From assembly GCA_964557955.1 (NCBI GenBank), contig CAZLCS010000010.1:68470-132469 (forward strand): DNA of 64,000 bases. The letters run 5' to 3'. The stretch's first letter is position 1. Every line of letters starts with the position of its first letter. Origin of the DNA: an uncultured Syntrophobacteraceae bacterium. Its GTDB lineage: Bacteria > Desulfobacterota > Syntrophobacteria > Syntrophobacterales > Syntrophobacteraceae. The translations under genes and the position numbers were made by a program. The notes below the pieces were generated by a model. The model ran no database searches, had not been told where the DNA came from, and saw only the letters and a list, made by a program, of their open reading frames with translations. This document shows positions 46,133 through 54,693 of this stretch, piece after piece.

Positions 46133-47773
46133 ATGGAGCTCATCAGTCAGCACACGAAGAGGATCATGGAGGGATGCAAGGAGAGGGCGCGGGACGCCGG
46201 GCTGCGCTTCCACGACGAAACGCTGGAATACGTGGTCACCAACAAGGACCTCCTGGAGCTCACCCCCAAGCACATGATTCCCACCCTCTACGACTACTGG
46301 GTGCACGACGTGGAGGTGCTCAAGGAGAAAGGCCGCTACGAGCTCTACCCCAACAACCCATACGAGACCGTCATCAACACGCGGCCGGCTATCTCCTTCT
46401 ACAACGACAACAACCCCGACTGGCTCAACGTGATGATCTTCTACCACGTGCTGGCCCACATCGATTTCTTCCAGAACAACCGGCTCTTCCGGCGTACCTG
46501 GGACGGTGATTTTGCGGGGCAGGCCCTTTCGGACAAACGTTTCATCACCATGATGCGCTCCGAGAAGGGACGATGGGTGGACTACGTCATCGAATTCACA
46601 CGGTCCATCGACAACCTGGTGGGTTTTCACGCGGAGCTCTCCGGCGCCTGCCGTCTCGAAGCCGCCAATGGCTCCGCCAAGCTGGATTTCTACTTCGACG
46701 TCTTCCTTCAGTCCGTCCAAAATGTGGGTCAGCACGAGTACATGAAAGAGATCGAGCGCTACAACGGCGCCCTCAAGAGCTCACCGGATATGGCCGACAG
46801 CCTGTTCTTCGCCGGAGTGGCGGCCAAACATCCCGAATTTGAAGCGCTCTACGCCCGGCACCGCCAGGAGCCCAAAACGCCGACCATCGACCTCATCCAG
46901 TACCTCCAGGAGCGCTCCCCATTTCTCCAGAAGAGCGAAAATCGATGGATGACTCCCGTCATGGAGATCGTGCGCCGGACTTCCCTTTTCTTCCAGCCTC
47001 AGATCCGCACCAAGATCCTCAACGAGGGCTGGGCGAGCACCTGGCATGAGCGACTATTCCTGGAAGACAACCGAATACGAGGCCACGAGGTCGAGTTTGC
47101 CAGAATCAACGCTTTCGTGACGGCGCTGCCCAGGGTGGGCCTGAACCCCTACGCCCTCGGCATGCGGTTGTTCGAGCATGTGGAAGAGCTGGCGGAAAAG
47201 GGTAAGCTGAGCTTCGAATTTCAGAAGATCCACCGGGAGCGGGACAGGAGGGACTTCGACCGGAAGACGGGTACGGGACGAGACGCCATTTTCAAGGTGC
47301 GGGAGGACCTGGATGACTTCATGTTCCTGCAGACCTACCTGGACCAGGACTTTGTCAATCGCTACAAGCTCTTCGTCGTGGGCAAGCGCCTCAACAACAC
47401 CAAAGGAGTGTGGGAGTATTTCGTGAAGAGCCGGGATGCCGGCGAGTACCGGAAAATGCTGCTTCAATCCCTCTACCACCCCCCCTTCATCCAGGTGGAT
47501 GAAGGCCGGACAAGGAACGGTTGCCTGTTCCTCGATCATCGCTTCGAAGGGAAGCCGCTTGTCAAGGAGTTCATCTCCAACACCCTGCTGGGGATTTCCA
47601 CCCTGTGGGGAGGACCCGTCAAGCTCGAGACCAGCGAGCGGGTGACCCGGGAGCGGAGGGAGTGGATGCCCTACGGGTATCCCCTTCCTGAGGCGGGCGG
47701 CACCGAAGAGCCGAAGTTCAAAAGAGTCGTCTACACGATGGAGGACCGCAAGCTCTCCAGGGCTGAACTCTAG
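46133..47773 (+). CDS. spoVR: SpoVR/YcgB family protein
   Basis: YPNNPYETVINTRPAISFYNDNNPDWLNVMIFYHVLAHIDFFQNN. Confidence 0.9.
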   Translation: MELISQHTKRIMEGCKERARDAGLRFHDETLEYVVTNKDLLELTPKHMIPTLYDYWVHDVEVLKEKGRYELYPNNPYETVINTRPAISFYNDNNPDWLNVMIFYHVLAHIDFFQNNRLFRRTWDGDFAGQALSDKRFITMMRSEKGRWVDYVIEFTRSIDNLVGFHAELSGACRLEAANGSAKLDFYFDVFLQSVQNVGQHEYMKEIERYNGALKSSPDMADSLFFAGVAAKHPEFEALYARHRQEPKTPTIDLIQYLQERSPFLQKSENRWMTPVMEIVRRTSLFFQPQIRTKILNEGWASTWHERLFLEDNRIRGHEVEFARINAFVTALPRVGLNPYALGMRLFEHVEELAEKGKLSFEFQKIHRERDRRDFDRKTGTGRDAIFKVREDLDDFMFLQTYLDQDFVNRYKLFVVGKRLNNTKGVWEYFVKSRDAGEYRKMLLQSLYHPPFIQVDEGRTRNGCLFLDHRFEGKPLVKEFISNTLLGISTLWGGPVKLETSERVTRERREWMPYGYPLPEAGGTEEPKFKRVVYTMEDRKLSRAEL

Positions 47774-47785
47774 GAGGCGCCAGCC

Positions 47786-50083
47786 ATGGGAAACATGGAC
47801 CATTTTCTTTCCGACCTTTGCCAGAGGATTCAGGACCGTGAGCAGCGGGCCCCCATCACCTTCATGGAGTACATGGAGCAGGCCGCCGCCTATCCGACGC
47901 TTGCCTTCCGGAACATCTTCCAGGTGTTTCACGACATGATCACGAGCTACGTCGGGAACGGCACCGATGAGTACCCGGAGGACCCAGAGTCCATCAATTA
48001 CGTCTATTACGACTGCAATCGACTGTTCGTCGAGGACACGGATCACCCATTCTTCGCCGACCGGCTGTTTGCGAACCGCCTCGTCAATCATGTGGGGTCC
48101 TTCCGACACGGCGCCCAGCAGAACCGGATCGTCATATTCGAGGGGCCGCCCGGCAGCGGGAAGAGCACCTTCCTCAACAACCTGCTCATGAAATTCGAGC
48201 ATTACAGCCGCACGGACGAAGGCACAAGCTACGAGACCGTATGGCGTTTGGACAAGCGGGAACTGGGGGCTCTGCCCGACCGGGAAGCCCACGCCATCCT
48301 GCAGCAGCTCCGAAGCCTCGCCGACGGCGGCGGCTTCCAGTCCCCCGGGGCAAGCCCCCGCGACCACCTCTTCGCACTCTCCAACGCGGAGTACCTTGAG
48401 GTTCCGTGCCCGAGCCACGACAGTCCCCTGCTCATGATTCCCAAGGCCTATCGCCGGGAATTCCTGGACGACGCCATCCCCGATGAATCGTTCAAGCGCG
48501 AGCTCTTCTCGGACAAACAGTATGAATGGGTCTTTCGGGACCAGCCCTGCACGATCTGCATGTCCCTCTACCAGACGCTTCTGGATCTTTTCAACCTGCC
48601 GAGCAAGGTGTTTTCCATGGTCTTCGCCCGTCGCTATCAGTTCAACCGGCGGCTGGGTGAGGGGATCAGCGTTTTCAATCCGGGGGATGGTTTGACCAGG
48701 ACCAAGGTCATCACCAACCCGCTGCTGCAGAACCAGCTGAACGCCATTCTGCGGGACAGCAATCGTGTCAAATACCTGTATTCGCGGTACGCCAAGACCA
48801 ACAACGGCATCTACGCCCTCATGGACATCAAGGCCCACAACCGGGAGCGGCTGGCAAACCTGCACGGCATTATCAGTGAGGGGGTGCACAAGGTCGAGGA
48901 CATCGAGGAAAACGTCAATTCGCTCTTTCTGGCCATCATGAACCCGGAGGACAACAAGGAGCTGGCGGGAGCTCAGTCGTTCGCCGACCGCATCACCACC
49001 ATCAAGATCCCGTACGTCCTGGACTACGAGACGGAAGTGAAGATCTACGAGCACATTTTCGGCCACCAGATTCGTGCGACCTTTCTGCCGCGAGTGCTTG
49101 AAAACTTCGCCAAGGTCATCCTCTCGTCGCGCCTGAAGCCCAGGTCCGATGCCCTCCAGGAATGGATTCAGGATGCCGGACGCTACCATCTCTATTGTGA
49201 CGAGAACCTGCAGCTGCTCAAAATGGACATTTACAACGGCGTCATTCCCACCTGGCTCACGGAAGAGGACCGGAAAGCGTTCACAGCCGAAAGACGGCGA
49301 AAGATCATCGCCGAATCCGAGCATGAGGGGGACAAGGGATTTTCCGGGAGGGATTCCATCAAGATATTCAACGAGTTCTTCACGACCTACGCCAAGCGGG
49401 ATAAGCTGATTAATATGGGCATGGTGTGCAGTTTCTTCAAAAAGCACCGCTCCGGACTCATGACCTCCATTCCCGACGGGTTCCTGGATTCGCTCCTCGG
49501 CTTCTACAACTACTCGGTGCTCCAGGAGGTGAAGGAATCCCTTTACTTTTACAACGAGAGCAGCATCTCGCGGGAAATCCAGAACTACCTCTTTGCCGTC
49601 AACTTCGAGTCGGGGCGCACCGAACGATGCGTCTACACAGGGGATGAGCTGGAGATCGATGAGTCGTTCTTCAAGAGCGTCGAGCGTCGGATCCTGGGAT
49701 CGAGGGCCCATGGCTCCCTGAGGCTGGAGTTTCGGCGAGACGTCCAGACTCAGTACGCCGCCCGGACGCTCACCCAGGAGATCCTGCTCGAGGGCAAGCA
49801 CGTCACCGAGACCGAGATTTACCGCTCCTTGCACAAGCGATACCTGCATCACCTCAAGGAAGATGTTCTGGAGCCATTCCTTCGGAATGCCAACTTCCGA
49901 AGCGCTGTCAAGGACTTCGGGTCAGATTCCTTCAGAACATACGACGACCGGATTCGCGAAGATGTGCGCATGCTGCTCCGTAATCTTCAGAGGAACTATG
50001 CCTACAGCGAACAGGGCGCAAAGGAAGTCTGTCTTTACGTGATCGACAACGATCTGGCCAGGGTGTTCGCGGGGGTCCAATGA
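47786..50083 (+). CDS. Second, divergent PrkA-like AAA+ protein (765 aa)
   Basis: Walker A GPPGSGKST in the same architecture as PrkA (N-terminal helical region, AAA core ...NGIYALMDIKAHN..., long C-terminal domain). It starts 13 nt after the spoVR stop. Confidence 0.75.
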   Translation: MGNMDHFLSDLCQRIQDREQRAPITFMEYMEQAAAYPTLAFRNIFQVFHDMITSYVGNGTDEYPEDPESINYVYYDCNRLFVEDTDHPFFADRLFANRLVNHVGSFRHGAQQNRIVIFEGPPGSGKSTFLNNLLMKFEHYSRTDEGTSYETVWRLDKRELGALPDREAHAILQQLRSLADGGGFQSPGASPRDHLFALSNAEYLEVPCPSHDSPLLMIPKAYRREFLDDAIPDESFKRELFSDKQYEWVFRDQPCTICMSLYQTLLDLFNLPSKVFSMVFARRYQFNRRLGEGISVFNPGDGLTRTKVITNPLLQNQLNAILRDSNRVKYLYSRYAKTNNGIYALMDIKAHNRERLANLHGIISEGVHKVEDIEENVNSLFLAIMNPEDNKELAGAQSFADRITTIKIPYVLDYETEVKIYEHIFGHQIRATFLPRVLENFAKVILSSRLKPRSDALQEWIQDAGRYHLYCDENLQLLKMDIYNGVIPTWLTEEDRKAFTAERRRKIIAESEHEGDKGFSGRDSIKIFNEFFTTYAKRDKLINMGMVCSFFKKHRSGLMTSIPDGFLDSLLGFYNYSVLQEVKESLYFYNESSISREIQNYLFAVNFESGRTERCVYTGDELEIDESFFKSVERRILGSRAHGSLRLEFRRDVQTQYAARTLTQEILLEGKHVTETEIYRSLHKRYLHHLKEDVLEPFLRNANFRSAVKDFGSDSFRTYDDRIREDVRMLLRNLQRNYAYSEQGAKEVCLYVIDNDLARVFAGVQ

Positions 50084-50086
50084 TTG

Positions 50087-50539
50087 TCACATATGCTCCG
50101 GGATGTTTTCGGCGAAGGAAGGGTCTTCCAGCAGTCGCCTTGCGAATTTGAGGTACTTGGCAACGATGGCCCGGACGGCGAGCTGGAGCGCGTACGCGCG
50201 GATCGGTTTCTCGAGGAGATACGTGATGTCTGCCGCGATGCATTGGCTCACCACTTCGTCGCTGGCCGCCCCCGTGATGATGATCGTATCCTGGTTGGCC
50301 ACGGGAAAGCGGTGGTGTATCGCCTCCAGGAAGGCGAATCCGGTCTTTCCTCCCATGTAAACGTCCAGAATGAATATGGCGACCCCGGTCTGCCGGGTCA
50401 TGCAATAGAGACGAGCCTCATCGAAGTCCGAAAAAGAGATGATCGGGCCCCACGTGTAGAAGCGCTCGAGGATGGAAGCGATGACGTCGCAAACGATGGG
50501 TTCATCATCCACGATGATCACGGGCAAGCCTGTCGCCAT
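50087..50539 (-). CDS. Single-domain response regulator (receiver)
   Basis: VIIVDDEP, IFILDVYMGGKTG and LEKPI. Confidence 0.82.
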   Translation of the reverse strand: MATGLPVIIVDDEPIVCDVIASILERFYTWGPIISFSDFDEARLYCMTRQTGVAIFILDVYMGGKTGFAFLEAIHHRFPVANQDTIIITGAASDEVVSQCIAADITYLLEKPIRAYALQLAVRAIVAKYLKFARRLLEDPSFAENIPEHM

Positions 50540-50832
50540 GACGACCTCCTCGATTACCGGATCAGGATTGATGAGCAGGCTCGATCGATGCTGCAGAGAC
50601 CTGCCGGGTCACCATAGAGATTCCGAACCCTGCCTTCTTTGAACTGGACCGAATCCCCTCATTGAAGCTATCCTCATGCTCAATGGGAGATGGGTCCGTC
50701 CGCATCCCCGGATGTGCCTGTCCCGACAGTTCTTCATTTTTATTAAACTAGGCATGATGCCGCAGCGGGGTCAAGATCGGTTTGGACGTATCCGCTCCGG
50801 AAATTCACAAAGGTTCAGACTGACGAGTGGTC

Positions 50833-52260
50833 ATGGATACACAGCGCATCGGAGCCAAAGACCCGATTCTTGTTCTTCCCAAAGCGGGAGGGAAGCCTCT
50901 CAATCTGAAGGCAGGGGATGTGGTCCGTGCACAGGTTGTCAGAGTCTTGAGCGGCGGAGAGCTGAGCCTTCGCATCGGAGGAACCGTTATTCAGGCCCGG
51001 ACTGCAATGCCACTTCCTTTGGGCTCAGGGGTTCTACTCCGTGTGCTCGGACAGGAGTCGGGCCGGGAAGGTTCGGGGGGATTCAGGCTGCAGTTTCTCC
51101 AGGTGGCCGAAAGTCCTGAGATGGACCAACCCGGCCGCACTGTTTCAGCGGAGCCCGGTCGGCTCCAGATGCCTCATTCTCGCACCCATCCGGCAGCGGA
51201 CGCCGTGCGAAATCTGGTTCAGGAGCTGGCGGCCCGGGCGCCTGCCAGGAACCTCGAAGGGGCAGATCTCGCCACCACCATCAGGGCGCTTCTCAAGTCC
51301 CTGCCTGACGACCCCGCATCGCTTCCGAGGGAGCTTCGCCACCAGCTGCTGGGGCTCCTCCAGTCGAACCTCAGGGAAACTGAGCAGAGCATCCAGAACC
51401 GGGCTCTTCGGCTTTTCGGCGACTCGTCCATCCAGAAACTTCTTGACCTCTCTGATGGGTCTGACCTGCCCGATTCGGGACAACCTTTGCGGGCGAAAAC
51501 GCCATTCTTTGCCGAGGCCGAGAAGATCCTGCAGGTTCCGATGAAATCCATATTGCAGGATACCGGGGTGGGGCTTGAAGGCAAGCTGAAGGTCCTCGCC
51601 CAGGCCCTCCTCGCCGAAGAGGGGGGAACCCCGGAGTCGACCGCGCCGGCCAGTCTCCCGGCCAGTCCATCTTCCGAGACCTCCACGCTGGCCACGGACC
51701 TCAAGGCAAAGCTGCTGCAGCTGCGTCAGGCGATCCTCGAGGGTGAACCCTCCGGCGCGGATGCCACGGAAGCATCGAGGACCTCGGCCGGAGCGGGGGC
51801 GGGCGAATCCCGGGGGGGATTCGACAGGCTGCTCCCCGTTGTGGACGGGCTTCTGCGGGATGTCGAGACATTTCAGCTTCTCTCCAAGCTCACCAGCTCC
51901 TTTTACACGTTCCTGCCCTTCCTCTGGAAGGGGCTCCGGGAGGGTGACATCGCCTTCAAGCGAAGCCGCAGCTCGCAGGCCGGTCCAGGTCACTATTGCG
52001 TGATGAACCTGGACTTCGAAAGCCTGGGCAGGGTCACTATCGTGGCCATGATGCAAGGCGGCGACTTCTTTCTTTCCTTCAAAACGGACCACGAGGGCCT
52101 GCGGTCGGCCCTGGACGGCAGCGTTCACGAGCTGCGGGAGATGTTTCGCAGTGAGGGACTGAGCCTCGCGGGGGTCAACTTCTTCAGCATGGAGGATACG
52201 CAGTTGGCGCCATTTGAACACCTTGAATCCTTTGAGAGCGTGTTGAATCTCAAGATCTGA
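50833..52260 (+). CDS. FliK-like protein (flagellar hook-length control C-terminal domain)
   Basis: N-terminus LKAGDVVRAQVVRVLSGGELSLRIGG. The C-terminal Flg_hook-like stretch is LDFESLGRVTIVAMMQGGDFFLSFKTDHEGLRSALDGSVHELREMFRSEGL. Confidence 0.7.
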   Translation: MDTQRIGAKDPILVLPKAGGKPLNLKAGDVVRAQVVRVLSGGELSLRIGGTVIQARTAMPLPLGSGVLLRVLGQESGREGSGGFRLQFLQVAESPEMDQPGRTVSAEPGRLQMPHSRTHPAADAVRNLVQELAARAPARNLEGADLATTIRALLKSLPDDPASLPRELRHQLLGLLQSNLRETEQSIQNRALRLFGDSSIQKLLDLSDGSDLPDSGQPLRAKTPFFAEAEKILQVPMKSILQDTGVGLEGKLKVLAQALLAEEGGTPESTAPASLPASPSSETSTLATDLKAKLLQLRQAILEGEPSGADATEASRTSAGAGAGESRGGFDRLLPVVDGLLRDVETFQLLSKLTSSFYTFLPFLWKGLREGDIAFKRSRSSQAGPGHYCVMNLDFESLGRVTIVAMMQGGDFFLSFKTDHEGLRSALDGSVHELREMFRSEGLSLAGVNFFSMEDTQLAPFEHLESFESVLNLKI

Positions 52261-52276
52261 AGGAGCAGGCGGAACC

Positions 52277-52543
52277 ATGAAAGAGAAGATGAGAAAGGCT
52301 GCCGTCCTGAAGTACAAGCACCAGATCGACCGGGCACCCCAGTTGGTGGCCAAAGGGAAGGGGATGGTCGCAGACCGCATTCTGGAACTGGCCCGGAAGC
52401 ACCGCATCCCCATCCAGAGCGATCCGGCCCTGGTGGAGGTTTTGAGCCAGCTGGACATCGACCAGGAGATTCCACCCGATCTCTATCGGGCAGTCGCTCA
52501 AGTGCTGGCGTACGTCTATCGGGTGAGCAAGAAGCTGGGTTGA
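52277..52543 (+). CDS. FlhB C-terminal-domain-like small protein (EscU/YscU/HrcU family, YlqH-like)
   Basis: 88 aa. AAVLKYKHQIDRAPQLVAKGKGMVADRILELARKHRIPIQSDPALVEVL. Confidence 0.8.
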   Translation: MKEKMRKAAVLKYKHQIDRAPQLVAKGKGMVADRILELARKHRIPIQSDPALVEVLSQLDIDQEIPPDLYRAVAQVLAYVYRVSKKLG

Positions 52544-52640
52544 TCATTGGGTCGGATCAGGTTTCACTCCCCGCCACTGCCGGGGGAGTGGGCAGGGAAA
52601 TGAATGGGGTCGAGGGGGATGAGCGTGGTTGGGGTGCAAA

Positions 52641-53768
52641 ATGAATGGTGAACGTCCGAACCAGTGTGATCACGAATCCCTGAAAACCGTTGCAGCCCGG
52701 TTTGCTCCCGGACGCAGGATTCTGGACGTGCGGCCGTTGGGCAACGGCCATATCAATGACACGTACCTGGTGCTTCAGGACTCCGCTGAGGAATGCCGCT
52801 TCGTGCTGCAGCGGATCAATGACCGGGTTTTCCGCGATCCGCGTGGCGTCATGAGCAACATGCGGGTGGTTTCCGACCATGGCCGCCGCCGTCTGAAGCA
52901 CATGGGGCTCGATGAGGGTATCCGCTTTGAGCTGCCGAGGGTTCTCAGGACGGCGGACGGTGAGGATCATTGGATCGACGGCTCGGGATCCACCTGGCGG
53001 GCCATCAGCTTCATCGAACGCTCCCGATCGTTCGAAGCGGTTCAGGATGCGGCGCATGCCCGGGAGGTCGGACGGGCCCTCGGGTTGTTCCACACTGCCA
53101 TGAGCGATCTTCCAACCGGTCATCTCCTGGATACCCTCCCGGGGTTCCACATCACGCCGGAGGTTCTGCGCCGCCATGACAAAGTCCTCCTGACGGCATC
53201 AGGCCTCGATTCGCCCGAAGTGGACCACTGCCTTCGTTTCGTGAGCGAACGGAGGAACTGGGCCGGTGTGCTGGAAGATGCCAGGGGTCGCGGCAGCCTG
53301 CGGCCGCGTCCCATCCACGGCGATCCCAAGGTAAGCAATGTCATGATCGATACATCGACGCGGCGGGCCGTCAGCATTGTGGACCTGGATACCGTGAAGC
53401 CGGGACTGGTTCACTATGATGTCGGAGATCTTCTCCGCTCGTGCTGCAATCGCAAGGGAGGGGAGGCGAAGGACTGGCTGGCCGTGACTTTCGATCCCGG
53501 TTTGTGCCGCGCCGCTCTCCAGGGCTACCTGGAATGGGCCGGGAGCTTCCTCAAGCCGATCGATATCGACTATCTTTACGATGCGGTACGACTGATCGCC
53601 TTCGAGCTGGGCGTGCGGTTTCTGACGGATCACCTGGAGGGCAATGTGTACTTCAAGGCGACCCACCGAAATCATAATCTCGCCAGGGCGCTCGTTCAAT
53701 TCAGGCTGACTGAGAGCATCGAGCTTCAGGAGGCGGCAATTCGGGGGATCATCGAGGATCTGCGATGA
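52641..53768 (+). CDS. Aminoglycoside-phosphotransferase-fold kinase (NahK/MdsC-like sugar kinase family)
   Basis: LGNGHINDTYLV...RINDRVF...IHGDPKVSNVMID...IVDLDTV. Confidence 0.78.
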   Translation: MNGERPNQCDHESLKTVAARFAPGRRILDVRPLGNGHINDTYLVLQDSAEECRFVLQRINDRVFRDPRGVMSNMRVVSDHGRRRLKHMGLDEGIRFELPRVLRTADGEDHWIDGSGSTWRAISFIERSRSFEAVQDAAHAREVGRALGLFHTAMSDLPTGHLLDTLPGFHITPEVLRRHDKVLLTASGLDSPEVDHCLRFVSERRNWAGVLEDARGRGSLRPRPIHGDPKVSNVMIDTSTRRAVSIVDLDTVKPGLVHYDVGDLLRSCCNRKGGEAKDWLAVTFDPGLCRAALQGYLEWAGSFLKPIDIDYLYDAVRLIAFELGVRFLTDHLEGNVYFKATHRNHNLARALVQFRLTESIELQEAAIRGIIEDLR

Positions 53769-53907
53769 ACGGTGGGAGCCTTCGGCTCATTCCCTCTTCT
53801 TTGACTTGAGCTCACGGCGTTCCGGCCAGGAGGGCGCCATGGGCCGGGGGAAGCTTGCCCATGCGGTTTTCCTCGATCACGGGCAAGCCTCGCTTAACCG
53901 GTCTATT

Positions 53908-54525
53908 CTATCCCTGCTCCCCGCCGGAAGGTCTCGGAAAGCTCTCCATGTGCGGTTTCATGGTATTGCCAAGCCAGGCGATGGTCTCTCCCAGGTACCG
54001 CATGTTGGCCAGACCCTCGTCATCCTTCAGAACATCCCCCTTGTCCATCCCGATTCCCATGTTCCAGTAAGTCGAGCCGGGAACAATCATCCCTGACATG
54101 AGGAACATGTGGTTGATCGTATCGAACACATGGGTGGCGCCGCCCCGCCGCACCGCCACGACAGCGGCTCCGATCTTCCCGAGAAAAGCACGGCCGTTGG
54201 CCAGGGACACCAGCCCCGATCGGTCGATGAGCGCTTTGAGCTCTGCGCTCACATCGGTGAAATAGGTGGGGGACCCGAAGATCATGGCATCGGCTTCCAG
54301 GAGCTTCTTCATGCATTCATTGAAAATGTCATCTTTCACGGAGCATTGACGGTCCTTGTTTTCGAAGCACTTGTAACAGGCGATGCATCCCCGGATCTTG
54401 CGGGCGCCCACCTGGATGAGCTCGGTCTCCCAGCCCGCGGTATCGAGTGCCTCCAGCACCTTGCGCAATAGAATCTCCGTGTTTCCACCCTTTCGGGGAC
54501 TCCCGTTGACAGCTACTGCCTTCAT
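53908..54525 (-). CDS. Iron-sulfur flavoprotein / NADPH-dependent FMN reductase family
   Basis: MKAVAVNGSPRKGGNT, compact Cys motif CIACYKCFENKDRQC, and GSPTYF. GGAGG lies 5 nt before the ATG at 54525. Confidence 0.85.
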   Translation of the reverse strand: MKAVAVNGSPRKGGNTEILLRKVLEALDTAGWETELIQVGARKIRGCIACYKCFENKDRQCSVKDDIFNECMKKLLEADAMIFGSPTYFTDVSAELKALIDRSGLVSLANGRAFLGKIGAAVVAVRRGGATHVFDTINHMFLMSGMIVPGSTYWNMGIGMDKGDVLKDDEGLANMRYLGETIAWLGNTMKPHMESFPRPSGGEQG

Positions 54526-54593
54526 GATTTCCTCCATGATTTCGTGCAGGTCTGCTGCGTCTGAAGAAACCATTCTCGCTCAGCGACCGCAGA

Positions 54594-54684
54594 GAAACTA
54601 GAAACCAGAAACCAGAAACCAGAAACTAGAAACCAGAAACTAGAAACCAGAAACTAGAAACCAGAAACTAGAAACTAGAAACTG
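54594..54684 (+). repeat. Heptanucleotide tandem array, 13 units (GAAACCA/GAAACTA alternating, last unit GAAACTG)
   Basis: Read directly; 91 bp in perfect 7-nt register. It lies between the trkH stop (54694) and the flavoprotein start (54525), antisense to their transcription. Confidence 0.97.
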
Positions 54685-54693
54685 TGTTCCCCC

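Noticed and set aside
47054-49852. 932-aa minus-strand ORF, with similar long antisense ORFs at 43287-45272, 46073-46735 and 45480-45983.
   Set aside because: These lie opposite the well-supported prkA, yeaH, spoVR and PrkA-like genes. They have low-complexity G/V/L/D/H-rich composition and no recognisable domains.
54594-54684. Whether the tandem arrays could be a CRISPR array.
   Set aside because: The units are 7 nt and directly abutting with no spacers, and there are no cas genes in the window. They are microsatellite-type repeats, not CRISPR.
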